A DNA stretch of 64,000 bases from a virus, in IMG/VR virus record IMGVR_UViG_3300025853_000044, positions 31,368-95,367 of that record. The stretch is one strand, 5' to 3'. A program made the translations under genes and the position numbers. The notes beneath the pieces were generated by a model. The model was not told the origin of the DNA, ran no database searches, and worked only from the letters and a program-made list of their open reading frames with translations. Numbering within the stretch: position 1 is the first letter of the stretch; each line of letters starts with the position of its first letter. Of this stretch, positions 45,785 to 54,771 are shown in pieces.

Positions 45785-48700
45785 TCAAGTCCGAGACACC
45801 AACGGCTGGTCATTGTCGTAGTCTATAGAGAGTCTTTCACCCTCGTCAGTTTCTACTTGAATGTGATTCAGTCGCTCGGTTTTCTTCTCTTTCTTTTCAT
45901 CAGTAATTTTTTTCTCACCGTCAAAATCCGGTAAGGTTGACTCGTGACGAAGTTGGGTTGGGCCACGGGGCGATTCCTGCGGTGTACCAACATCAATACC
46001 CAGTCCCTTTGGCCCAGTCCATGTCATGCGCTCTTTGCTGATTTTATCCAAGGCTCGTACAATAACTTCCAATGCTTTCTTTGTTTGATTGGGTTTGAGA
46101 AGGCGATTTTCATCATCTTCTTCAAGAATACCCACGCTTTGCTCTTCAGTTCGTTTATCGCTCGGCTTCTTCGGCATTACATCACTTTCAGTTTGTTTAC
46201 TGAGTAATCCTTTTACCATTAGTGGAGCAACCGACGACCAAAACGGCATAAGACTTTCAGCCAGCACCACAGGGTAATCGGTCTTGGTCAAATCACCCAT
46301 CGTGCTTTTTGGTGAATGCACACACCACACATCGCCTATTTCTTCCATGTTGTACACTACTGTGTCAACTCCCTTCAACACGATTTGAATCTGTGAGTCC
46401 GAGATTTCAATATCGTGAGGAATAAGAATTGGTGCGAATGCTTTGGTCATGAGGTCAAGAGATTCTGTGCTGGCCGCACCCTCTCCTTCACCCTCCCCTT
46501 CCAACTCCTTGACTTGTACATTGTACACAGGGCGGTTTTTGCGGTTTTTCTTGGAAATACCCGTGATGGATGCACGAACAATGTCGCCAACCTTGAACAC
46601 CATACGCTGGTTATGAGCCGTACCCACATCCATGTAATGTTCACCATCATGCTCCACAGCCCTGTTTCCAAGCCCCTCAATCTCAAGGATAGGGCCAGCA
46701 CCCAACTGATAGGTGTACGGGCCTTTGCCACGACGGTCAAGGATGATGAAGTTGAAGTCTCGGCTGTCACGGTAAACAATCCACTTTGGATGTCGTCGCT
46801 CTCCACGCATGTAGGTGGATTTGTTGTCTCGCAACAAAATGTTGTCGTGGTCGTCTTTGAGGTTCTTTACAGCGTCGGCCAGTCCCTCATCGTCTGTCAT
46901 ACGAGTATCGTGTGGGCCGGGTACAATCACAGGCTCTTGACTGTCAAACTGTGAGCGTAGAATTTTCAACCGCTCAAACAACTGCATTTCACCCACATTG
47001 GTATCGTCGTAATTGATAATGTCAATGATGTTCAACTCTTCTTCACCAAGAATAGCGTCCAGCGTATAGTTCTTGTCGTTCATTTTTTCAAGAGCCTCTT
47101 TCGTGGCTTTGCGTAGCCCCTTCTTACGACCGTTTTCATCATACGCCGTAATCTCGTCATCACTGCGTACAATGATAATTCGCTTCCCATCATACCACTT
47201 ACTTACAACCCACGAGCCGCTGAAACCACGAAGGTGTTCAAGGTCGGCCAAATCAAAAATGCGGTGCATAGGGCGAACAGCAGGACTCCATTTCGCATCG
47301 TCGCTCTTGCTCAACAACACATCCGGGTCAAGTAGAGAGGTGATGAGTTCGGTCATCTCACTTGCCGCTACCGTAGTTGGAATCTCGCTTGCTGTTTCTG
47401 CTGTCTCCATGTTCATGCTTTGGTGAGGATTGTCGGGGTACTGAGGTGGTGGTGCATTTGCATAGACTTGTTGCGCTACTTCTTTTCCGTGAATCATAGC
47501 GGTCAAATCCTCCGGCACAGAATGATACAACCCTGTGCCTACATTTGAACCGATGTGAATTGTACCGTCGTCGCCAAACTCAGCACCAAGTGTAGGTGTT
47601 GCTTCATACCCATGGTGCCACGCACCGCTGTCAAAGTTATCCGTCAACCCTGCGTGTGCGGGCGAAGGAATACCCAGTGGATACTGAGACATGCCTGCTG
47701 TTTCAGGAATTTCCAAGTCGGGTGTGAAGACACCTTCCTCTTCTTCAAGTACACGAGGGTCAAAGTGAATAATCGTGTCAAGGTGATTCTTGGTGTCGTT
47801 TGTTTTACGGGATTTTGATTGACTACCAAAGCCCTTTGCACCGTGAATATCACCTTTGACGGCACCAATACCAGCGGCTTTCATTGAGTCTTTGAATTGC
47901 TGTGGGTTAAGTTTCATACCCATGGCTCGTGGAATACCGTGAGAAAGATGTCCACCCCATGCTTTTATGTCAGTTTGTTGTGCAAAGTGGTTAATGGCTT
48001 GATGATACCCGTTTTCTCGTGCGTGGCGATAGAACGCCTCATGGTCGTCCAACTCCTCTTCGGGCTTGTTCATCATCTCTTCGTCGGTGAAATGATTGAG
48101 GTCAAGCCCGTCAATGTTCGGGATTTTACCACTGAGAAGAATGTTCTTAATTGTAGAAACTTGTAACGGCGCACCTCTTTCACCCACCATATCAATGAGT
48201 TCTTGGGCTTTCACTTTTGCAACAGGAGTTCGTTGGATTCCAAGTTTGTCCAACAGTTTGTCAGCATTTTCATCACCCTCAACCATTATACCGTCTGTGG
48301 ACAAATGATTAGCGATAGTAGCGTGGAATGGATTTTGTGCCGCAGGGTCGGTGTCTCGTACAGAAGCCTGTAATCCATAATTGGTTGAAGAAACACCGTG
48401 TACACTGTGAGGAACAGACACAATGTAGCGTTGAGCGTCACGCATCAGTTGATGGGTGTTTGCGATAAACTTCTCCGGCTCGTCGGGATTGAAAGCATCG
48501 GGGTCATGCTCAAGGTATTTTGGTAGAAGAACATCTCGTGCAACCTCAGCAATGGTTTGTCGGTGGCCACCAAACAATTGCTCCATACGAGTGGCATCAA
48601 GTTTCCACATTGTGTTTTTACTCTTCTTTTGTGTGCTTTGCTGTACCTTTTCCAATTGTTGAGTCGTATCGTTGATTTCAGCCATCAACGGTTGCAATTC

Positions 48701-51571
48701 TTCAATGGGTGCGCCAGTGGTTTGCTTTTCAGTCAACTCTTGATTTAATTCTTCAAGCATTGTTGTGAGTTCGGATTCTTGTTGCGAAGCGGGTAACATA
48801 CCGCCGAATTGAAGCAAACGAGAAACGGCATCCTTTTCGTCAGCCGCCATTGTGGTTTTTGTTTTCTGTGTCTTTTTCTTCGCTTGCAGTTCCTCAGTCA
48901 TGGTTTCCGTCATGCTTTGAAGAGAAGAAAGCAACTTCTGTTCATCAAACTCACCAAGACCTCGGCCCAACAAAGCAGTGTTTAATTCGGGATGCTTATC
49001 TGTAACGACACCGGGTGCCATCGGGAGAGTGTTTCTACCGTGCATAAGGTACTCAAGAATCTCCTTTGGGTCTTGTGTACCCAGTATTTTTGACGCTTGA
49101 GTAATGGCCGTCATAGCGTGATTCATATCGGGATTGGTCAACACTTGATTCTTCAACGCATTGAACGAAAAGCCACTACCACCGCCCCATCGCATAAAAT
49201 CAATGAAGTGTTCTTTGCTCTCCCCACCACTGAATGCCTCATCTCCACGAAGGAAGTCTTGAACTTTCATCAGTGATTTTTGTGCTGGTTGATGAGGGTG
49301 ATTCATACGCCCGCCAAGCGTTTCAAGGAAGTGAGCCAGTTGTGCGTTCTTGTGCATATTGCTGTCCGAAGGAGATGCGCCGTAGGATGTGAAGGCACCC
49401 ACATGATAGGTGGGAATAATTGTGTGTGGATATGTCAACGGTTTGAGATGGGTGCCAAACCTGTCCTTACGCTCTTTGTCCGTCATGTGGCGAATCGTGT
49501 ATTCGTAATCGGGGTTGAGTGTCGTTTTGTGTTCTGTGTAGTTGTTCTTGCCGGTTGAACCGTCCCGGTACGCTCGTTTTTTGGAATGCCCTACGGGAGA
49601 AAGCAAGTTTTGTAGCAACTCTTTTTGGTTGAAGTATGAAAAGCCCTTACCAGTAGAAACAAATTGCTGTGTGCTTGTGTTTACCTTTTTCATTTTTTCG
49701 CCAAACTCACCAATCAACTTTGTTTTTAATGGCATGAAGTGATGAGCGAGCGTTGTGTTATCGGGATTGGCATTGATGTAATTTGCACCAGCATCGCTTA
49801 GTTCTGTGAATGGCGAAAGACCGTCCTCATCAGCATGTGTGGCGTGAAGGATGTCATGGTAAGTTGCAAGCGTTATACCTGCTCCGCCCGTTTTTGCAAA
49901 GGCTGAGTCCCAAAAGCGACCGGGGCCGTAAGTGAAACCGTCACTGTGGTTTCGCCAGTAATTCGGTTTTTCCTCTGTTGGATGAGGGCCGTGTGGGGAA
50001 GTAAAAAAGGCCCGATGATTGCGAGCATCCTTGATACCAGCATGAAGTGAAGAGTTCGCCTTAGCCATGGATTCAATGTCGTCAATCAAGTCAGCGTTGA
50101 CAATTGGTTCTTCCAATTTACCGTGAATTGGATGGTCGGTCATCAACTCCCGTGTCTTAGGGTCGTAGCCAGCCAAATAAAGCAAATCAGCCTTGCTCAT
50201 TCGCACATCGTCAAGACTTCGCTTTCTTCCCTTTACTTTGAAGTGGCTTGCCATTGCATCTTTCATTTCGTCTTGGTCAAGTTCTCTCATTGGGTTCTTG
50301 TCCACATAAAGGCGTGGTAGAAACTTGTGATGCCCCGATATACCGTAGTTGTCTCGGATGCGTTCAAGAATAATTTCTGAGAGTGAATGACCATCAAATT
50401 CATCCATAGGCTCGTGAGCAAATCTACCCATAGCCTGTTGCAAAAACATGTTGCTTTCACCAGCAATGTAGTCGTTGTCATTGTTTTCTTGATGGTAGTG
50501 TGCATTTCGCCCCATATGTGTCATTGGACGCATAGCCCAATTCATTTCGGGAGTCATACGCATGAGGGCGTTGTATTTGAGGCGAGCAGAAGGAAACTTT
50601 TGTCCGTTAGGTAGCGAAATCAAATCATGGTCGTCAAGACCCTTTTCACCGATATGCTCCATGATGGCTGTGCGTTCTTCGGGGTCAAACCATTCAAGGC
50701 CAAGCATGTAGCCAAGGTGCCCAAGCCGTGTTGGGTGTTCTTCATACTTGTCGCTGAGCATCATGTTGCTATCGTCATCAGCCTCCCACATGGCCGCTCG
50801 GTCAGCAAAGTGTTCTTTGCGAAGTTGCTCTTTCATCTCAGCGTTGTCCATACCTTCAGCCAGTAATTCCTCTTGACGATTCTTGTTCCGCTTTAACCAA
50901 CGGAAATAATCTCGCTCGTAGAGGTCATGCTGGTGATGAAGAAGTGTGCCGTTTGGACGGGTATCACCAAGAATGTTTACCTTCTTTCCTCCTTTTTGCT
51001 GAAACCCACCGACAAGAGGATGGTCTTTACCGAGAGTATCAAAGAATTGCTTTTCCATTTCCTTCTCGGCTTCACCATGCCCACCCAGTGCCCAACTTCG
51101 TAGCATCTCTACATAGGCAGGCATCCCCGACACTGCGTTGGTACGAAGAAGCGGGTGGTTGACTTCGTGAAACGGGAAGTGGTGCCGCTGGTATGGATGT
51201 GTGCCGTCCTTTGGTTGGTAGTACGGCCACATTGCATGGCCGTGCTTTTTGTTTACAGGTGATTGAAGCCCGTCTTTCCATACATGGTTGGTCGGCTCGC
51301 CATGTGAGTGTTGAAGAGCGAACAAGTAGCCCATACCTTCGGGATATTTGTAATCGGTTTCACCGACTTTTACTGCATCTTTTTCTGCTTGTTCTTTATT
51401 CTTGTAAATCATCTCAGCCGTGGCTTTGAGAGATTTGAACAACGGTTCGCTTGGAGTCGTGTCAAGTGCTTCGTAGGCAAGAATGTATTCAGCCGCCGAA
51501 TAAACAAGGTCAAGACCATCATCCAGTGATTTAAGCAGTTGGTTGCTACACACAAAGAAATGGTCGTTCAC
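45785..51571 (-). CDS. 1928-aa head-module protein with a degenerate ATP-dependent DNA ligase (nucleotidyltransferase + OB) domain
   Basis: WVVSKWYDGKR, YTLDAIL, IIDII, ILLRD, YMRGERRHPKW and an OB-like YQLGAG...DVGT...VGDIVR at about 46500-47300. The ~1400-aa N-terminus is unrecognised. Confidence 0.75.
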   Translation of the reverse strand: MNDHFFVCSNQLLKSLDDGLDLVYSAAEYILAYEALDTTPSEPLFKSLKATAEMIYKNKEQAEKDAVKVGETDYKYPEGMGYLFALQHSHGEPTNHVWKDGLQSPVNKKHGHAMWPYYQPKDGTHPYQRHHFPFHEVNHPLLRTNAVSGMPAYVEMLRSWALGGHGEAEKEMEKQFFDTLGKDHPLVGGFQQKGGKKVNILGDTRPNGTLLHHQHDLYERDYFRWLKRNKNRQEELLAEGMDNAEMKEQLRKEHFADRAAMWEADDDSNMMLSDKYEEHPTRLGHLGYMLGLEWFDPEERTAIMEHIGEKGLDDHDLISLPNGQKFPSARLKYNALMRMTPEMNWAMRPMTHMGRNAHYHQENNDNDYIAGESNMFLQQAMGRFAHEPMDEFDGHSLSEIILERIRDNYGISGHHKFLPRLYVDKNPMRELDQDEMKDAMASHFKVKGRKRSLDDVRMSKADLLYLAGYDPKTRELMTDHPIHGKLEEPIVNADLIDDIESMAKANSSLHAGIKDARNHRAFFTSPHGPHPTEEKPNYWRNHSDGFTYGPGRFWDSAFAKTGGAGITLATYHDILHATHADEDGLSPFTELSDAGANYINANPDNTTLAHHFMPLKTKLIGEFGEKMKKVNTSTQQFVSTGKGFSYFNQKELLQNLLSPVGHSKKRAYRDGSTGKNNYTEHKTTLNPDYEYTIRHMTDKERKDRFGTHLKPLTYPHTIIPTYHVGAFTSYGASPSDSNMHKNAQLAHFLETLGGRMNHPHQPAQKSLMKVQDFLRGDEAFSGGESKEHFIDFMRWGGGSGFSFNALKNQVLTNPDMNHAMTAITQASKILGTQDPKEILEYLMHGRNTLPMAPGVVTDKHPELNTALLGRGLGEFDEQKLLSSLQSMTETMTEELQAKKKTQKTKTTMAADEKDAVSRLLQFGGMLPASQQESELTTMLEELNQELTEKQTTGAPIEELQPLMAEINDTTQQLEKVQQSTQKKSKNTMWKLDATRMEQLFGGHRQTIAEVARDVLLPKYLEHDPDAFNPDEPEKFIANTHQLMRDAQRYIVSVPHSVHGVSSTNYGLQASVRDTDPAAQNPFHATIANHLSTDGIMVEGDENADKLLDKLGIQRTPVAKVKAQELIDMVGERGAPLQVSTIKNILLSGKIPNIDGLDLNHFTDEEMMNKPEEELDDHEAFYRHARENGYHQAINHFAQQTDIKAWGGHLSHGIPRAMGMKLNPQQFKDSMKAAGIGAVKGDIHGAKGFGSQSKSRKTNDTKNHLDTIIHFDPRVLEEEEGVFTPDLEIPETAGMSQYPLGIPSPAHAGLTDNFDSGAWHHGYEATPTLGAEFGDDGTIHIGSNVGTGLYHSVPEDLTAMIHGKEVAQQVYANAPPPQYPDNPHQSMNMETAETASEIPTTVAASEMTELITSLLDPDVLLSKSDDAKWSPAVRPMHRIFDLADLEHLRGFSGSWVVSKWYDGKRIIIVRSDDEITAYDENGRKKGLRKATKEALEKMNDKNYTLDAILGEEELNIIDIINYDDTNVGEMQLFERLKILRSQFDSQEPVIVPGPHDTRMTDDEGLADAVKNLKDDHDNILLRDNKSTYMRGERRHPKWIVYRDSRDFNFIILDRRGKGPYTYQLGAGPILEIEGLGNRAVEHDGEHYMDVGTAHNQRMVFKVGDIVRASITGISKKNRKNRPVYNVQVKELEGEGEGEGAASTESLDLMTKAFAPILIPHDIEISDSQIQIVLKGVDTVVYNMEEIGDVWCVHSPKSTMGDLTKTDYPVVLAESLMPFWSSVAPLMVKGLLSKQTESDVMPKKPSDKRTEEQSVGILEEDDENRLLKPNQTKKALEVIVRALDKISKERMTWTGPKGLGIDVGTPQESPRGPTQLRHESTLPDFDGEKKITDEKKEKKTERLNHIQVETDEGERLSIDYDNDQPLVSRT

Positions 51572-51583
51572 GCTATCACCGCC

Positions 51584-51730
51584 CTATTGGAGCGGTACAA
51601 ATTGTGGACAAGCGTGCAAATCCATTCCGCCATGTTGCGGCAATTGACATCCTGTGCGTTCAACGCCTCCACACAGACCACAAATAACTGGTGCACCGCT
51701 TTCACGCATTGCCGCTTTTGGGTTAGGCAT
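51584..51730 (-). CDS. 48-aa Cys-rich protein, not in the ORF track
   Basis: MPNPKAAMRESGAPVICGLCGGVERTGCQLPQHGGMDLHACPQFVPLQ*; TGATG overlap with the upstream stop; fills the gap. Confidence 0.7.
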   Translation of the reverse strand: MPNPKAAMRESGAPVICGLCGGVERTGCQLPQHGGMDLHACPQFVPLQ

Positions 51731-52245
51731 CAACGCCCACCCGCCGTGTCTTCTCGCTCAGCCCCTCGTCCCTCATGAGGATTCATACGAGAGCCGAGGC
51801 GTTGAGTGTCAATGGCTTCTTTGGGCTTCTTTTTCTTGGGAGCATCCTCAGTCTCAATGGTGCGTCCGTTAGTGGTAAAGTAACCACTTTTGGTTTGTCC
51901 ACCCGATTCAGCGTGGAAAGAAGGATTGACATCGGTGATTTTCTCAGCCTTGAAGCCCGGTTCGGCTTTGGCCATTTTACCATGAGACTTGTTGCATTGT
52001 GCCTTTTGCTTTTCCGAGCATTCCGAATACTTCTTACCGAAGTTCTTCATACAGTATTTATCTTTGGTAGCCATGTCAGCCTTAGCCATTTTGCCACCGC
52101 AACCCATTTTCATACATTGGCCCATTTTGTTGAGTTTACCACCTTTACACTTTGGACAATCTTCACCTTTTAGCAATTCGTCAATTCGTTGTTCAAGTTC
52201 AATGGCCTTTGTCAAATATCCGTTTTCTACTGGTCGTGGTTTCAT
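51730..52245 (-). CDS. Lys/Cys-rich protein with LLKG/MAKA motifs (start corrected to ATG 52245)
   Basis: ATGA overlap with the upstream gene; GGAGG SD; CPKC and two KMAKA. Confidence 0.65.
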   Translation of the reverse strand: MKPRPVENGYLTKAIELEQRIDELLKGEDCPKCKGGKLNKMGQCMKMGCGGKMAKADMATKDKYCMKNFGKKYSECSEKQKAQCNKSHGKMAKAEPGFKAEKITDVNPSFHAESGGQTKSGYFTTNGRTIETEDAPKKKKPKEAIDTQRLGSRMNPHEGRGAEREDTAGGR

Positions 52246-52583
52246 TGTACACCCTCCTTTGCACCTAAAGCCAATTCGTGAATGTCTTCCCACGACATGG
52301 CATGAATGTCCTCATTACTCATTGTGCCTATTTCGGGTGAACTCTTGAGAAGAGCACCACCTTCAAGAGCCATATCTCCCCGGAAAGGGTCAACTTGTAA
52401 GTCATTTGTGAAAGGAGTAGAGACATTGACAAGTCCCATTTTACGAAGAAGTTGTTGTGGGTTGTTGATGAGTCTTTTGAGAGCATCATTTTCAGCCTTA
52501 AGAATTGAAAGATTGGAATCCATAGACTCCATCTTATTGATGAGAACACCAATCAATTGTTCAGCATCGGATGATTCACTCAT
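52242..52583 (-). CDS. Mini scaffold-like protein
   Basis: N-terminal coiled coil; C-terminal SNEDIHAMSWEDIHELA resembles the scaffold C-terminus STQDMANMGWDEVHALA. Confidence 0.6.
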   Translation of the reverse strand: MSESSDAEQLIGVLINKMESMDSNLSILKAENDALKRLINNPQQLLRKMGLVNVSTPFTNDLQVDPFRGDMALEGGALLKSSPEIGTMSNEDIHAMSWEDIHELALGAKEGVQ

Positions 52584-52592
52584 TTAATCACC

Positions 52593-52943
52593 TCAAAGAC
52601 GACGACCGTAGGAACCTGCGCTTCGTTTGTACTGTGGGCTGTGGCGGGAGGAAGACATAAAGCCGAGTCGCTGTCCTTCAATGGCGGGCTTAGATGCTTC
52701 TTGTGGTTGCATTTTCAACACAGGGACACCGCCAGCAAAAATATCCCGTGGGCCTTGTGGGGTCACCACATCGGATTTAGCAATCTCTTGGTGCAAATCA
52801 TCAGCCAAAAAATCGCTGAGTTTTTGTACTTCACTAAGGTGTTGCTTGGCCATTTGACCATCTCCACTTTCAAGAGCAGAAATAAATGATTTCTGTGCTT
52901 GTTCCATTTTTCGGGCCATCGGGTGCATTTTCAATAAGTCCAT
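52593..52943 (-). CDS. Hypothetical head-module protein (start corrected to ATG 52943)
   Basis: MDLLKMHP...EIAKSD; the GGGATTAACATG start context also occurs at 36095. Confidence 0.6.
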   Translation of the reverse strand: MDLLKMHPMARKMEQAQKSFISALESGDGQMAKQHLSEVQKLSDFLADDLHQEIAKSDVVTPQGPRDIFAGGVPVLKMQPQEASKPAIEGQRLGFMSSSRHSPQYKRSAGSYGRRL

Positions 52944-52989
52944 GTTAATCCCTGCTATGTTCGCCTCATGCCTTTCGTCTTTAAGAGCA

Positions 52990-54771
52990 TTACTGTCCAC
53001 GGGGGCGACGAGCATCCAAAAGTGCATTACTCAAGTTTTGTTGCATAGATGGTGCTGGCCCTCTTTGTTGTACATTCGTAAATGGTGCACCGCTACCCAT
53101 ACTTCCTCGTCGTTGAGGAGTCGCTGGCCCACGGTTTCGTAATCCCACGCCTTGACCTCCGGGTTGTGGAGGTGGCATCACCTGTTGAGCGAGTTGTGGA
53201 GGCATTTGTGGGCCTCTTCCTTGCATCATAGGCATACCCGGAGGCATACCCGGAGGCATACCGGGAGGCATACCGGGAGGCATACCGGGAGGCATACCTC
53301 CTCCCATTGGTGGAGCACCACCCGGCGGAGCACCTTGTTGTGGTGGTTGAGGTTCGGGACGCTTGTAAGTGAAACGGATGTCTCGGTTGGCTGTGTCTTC
53401 AATGAGTTCGGGCATAAAGCCAAGTTGCGCCATGCGTTGTGCGACATTGAGTTCTTCCGAATCACGGCGTAGGCGTGTAATCTCATCTTCTTCTTCGTTG
53501 GGATAGAGCGTAAGTTTCCAATCATTGATGTCCATTTGTTTGAGAAGACGAGGGAACAGAACTTCTGTGTACACTTTTTGTCCAAACTCAACGGCTCGGT
53601 TTGTCACGAGAATCTGCATACCTTCATTGTTAAGACCGCCTTTTTTACCAGCATCCATCATGAAAACCGACGAAACACCGTAGAAAGCGGCAATGCGATT
53701 ACGAATTTCATCACGCACTGCAATGTATTGCATTTCTTCCAGTGTGTCCATGAACTTAACCCAATTAACGCCACCACGACCTGTAGATGATTCAATGCCA
53801 ACCTTGGGCACATAGTGAGGGTCACGCTCCATTTTTTCGTCCACAGCCTTCCAAAATGACTTCATGGACTCCAAGTTATCTGTGGTGACTGATACGATAC
53901 CCTTTGGCATCCGTCGCTTTTGATATGCTGTGTAAATGTAATTGTCCATAGCCGTGAGTGTCATGGCTTGTCGCCACATGGTGTTGACAGGAGAGCGACC
54001 ATACAGTTTAGACGCTTTGTACTTACTCACATGAAGAATTTCGCCTTCAACGAAGTATTGGGTTTTTCCGCTACCTGCCATGTTTACATAATGCACATCG
54101 TGGAGGTCAGCACCGCACACTTCACATGTATCATCCTCAGCGTGTGTTTTGATTTGGTCACGATGAATTAAACATGTTTTGTAGCGTCCACCACGCACAC
54201 CTCGCTTATCAGCAACGATACGCATGAAAATAGGGTCGCCACGCATGATTTCTTTAACACGGTAAAAAGCCACTTCTTTGCTCTTAGGGTCAATAAAATA
54301 CTCCTTGACTAAAATCAAGAAAGCATCATCTACGATGTTGAGGTCAGCCTCTATTTCATTGAGTACAGTAATGAACGATTGCTCCATGCTGTTCTCTTGT
54401 TTAAGGAGCCACTTGGCGTAAGTCAATTCATCTATATCGGGTTTTCTTACAGCCCCGCCGCACTCAGCACATGTTTCCACTTCACTTTGATACTCCTCAT
54501 CACACACCGTACATTTGCGTGCAAATTTCTTCTCCCAGTAGTAGCCACGACGAAACATCTCTTGGCGCAACTTGGCAAGCACTGTACGAAGAATCAGCGA
54601 CTCGTTGCTTACAGCATACAACGCAGGGATGGTGATACCCTGCGCCATCACAGGCTCTTGAATACCACTTGTCCACAGCGGCATGGTTGGAGTGGGAGAT
54701 TCTTTGCGACGGAAAGGCGTACCCAACGCTGAAAGAAATCGTGAAATTCTACCTTGTTCTTCAGCCATCAC
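52990..54771 (-). CDS. Portal protein with Zn-ribbon inserts and a Pro/Gly/Met/Gln tail
   Basis: ADLNIVDDAFL, EILHV...LYGRSP, RMPKGIV, RIAAFYGV: HK97-like portal motifs. Confidence 0.88.
   Translation of the reverse strand: MMAEEQGRISRFLSALGTPFRRKESPTPTMPLWTSGIQEPVMAQGITIPALYAVSNESLILRTVLAKLRQEMFRRGYYWEKKFARKCTVCDEEYQSEVETCAECGGAVRKPDIDELTYAKWLLKQENSMEQSFITVLNEIEADLNIVDDAFLILVKEYFIDPKSKEVAFYRVKEIMRGDPIFMRIVADKRGVRGGRYKTCLIHRDQIKTHAEDDTCEVCGADLHDVHYVNMAGSGKTQYFVEGEILHVSKYKASKLYGRSPVNTMWRQAMTLTAMDNYIYTAYQKRRMPKGIVSVTTDNLESMKSFWKAVDEKMERDPHYVPKVGIESSTGRGGVNWVKFMDTLEEMQYIAVRDEIRNRIAAFYGVSSVFMMDAGKKGGLNNEGMQILVTNRAVEFGQKVYTEVLFPRLLKQMDINDWKLTLYPNEEEDEITRLRRDSEELNVAQRMAQLGFMPELIEDTANRDIRFTYKRPEPQPPQQGAPPGGAPPMGGGMPPGMPPGMPPGMPPGMPPGMPMMQGRGPQMPPQLAQQVMPPPQPGGQGVGLRNRGPATPQRRGSMGSGAPFTNVQQRGPAPSMQQNLSNALLDARRPRGQ
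53231..53298. repeat. 12-bp tandem repeat encoding (GMPP)n
   Basis: GGCATACC(C/G)GGA, five full copies plus a partial one. Confidence 0.9.

Noticed and set aside
45785-51571. Annotation as a functional replicative DNA ligase
   Set aside because: Key catalytic residues are substituted and the gene lies in the head module.
53231-53298. Tandem repeat as a mini-CRISPR or origin iterons
   Set aside because: It has no spacers and is an in-frame coding repeat (GMPP).
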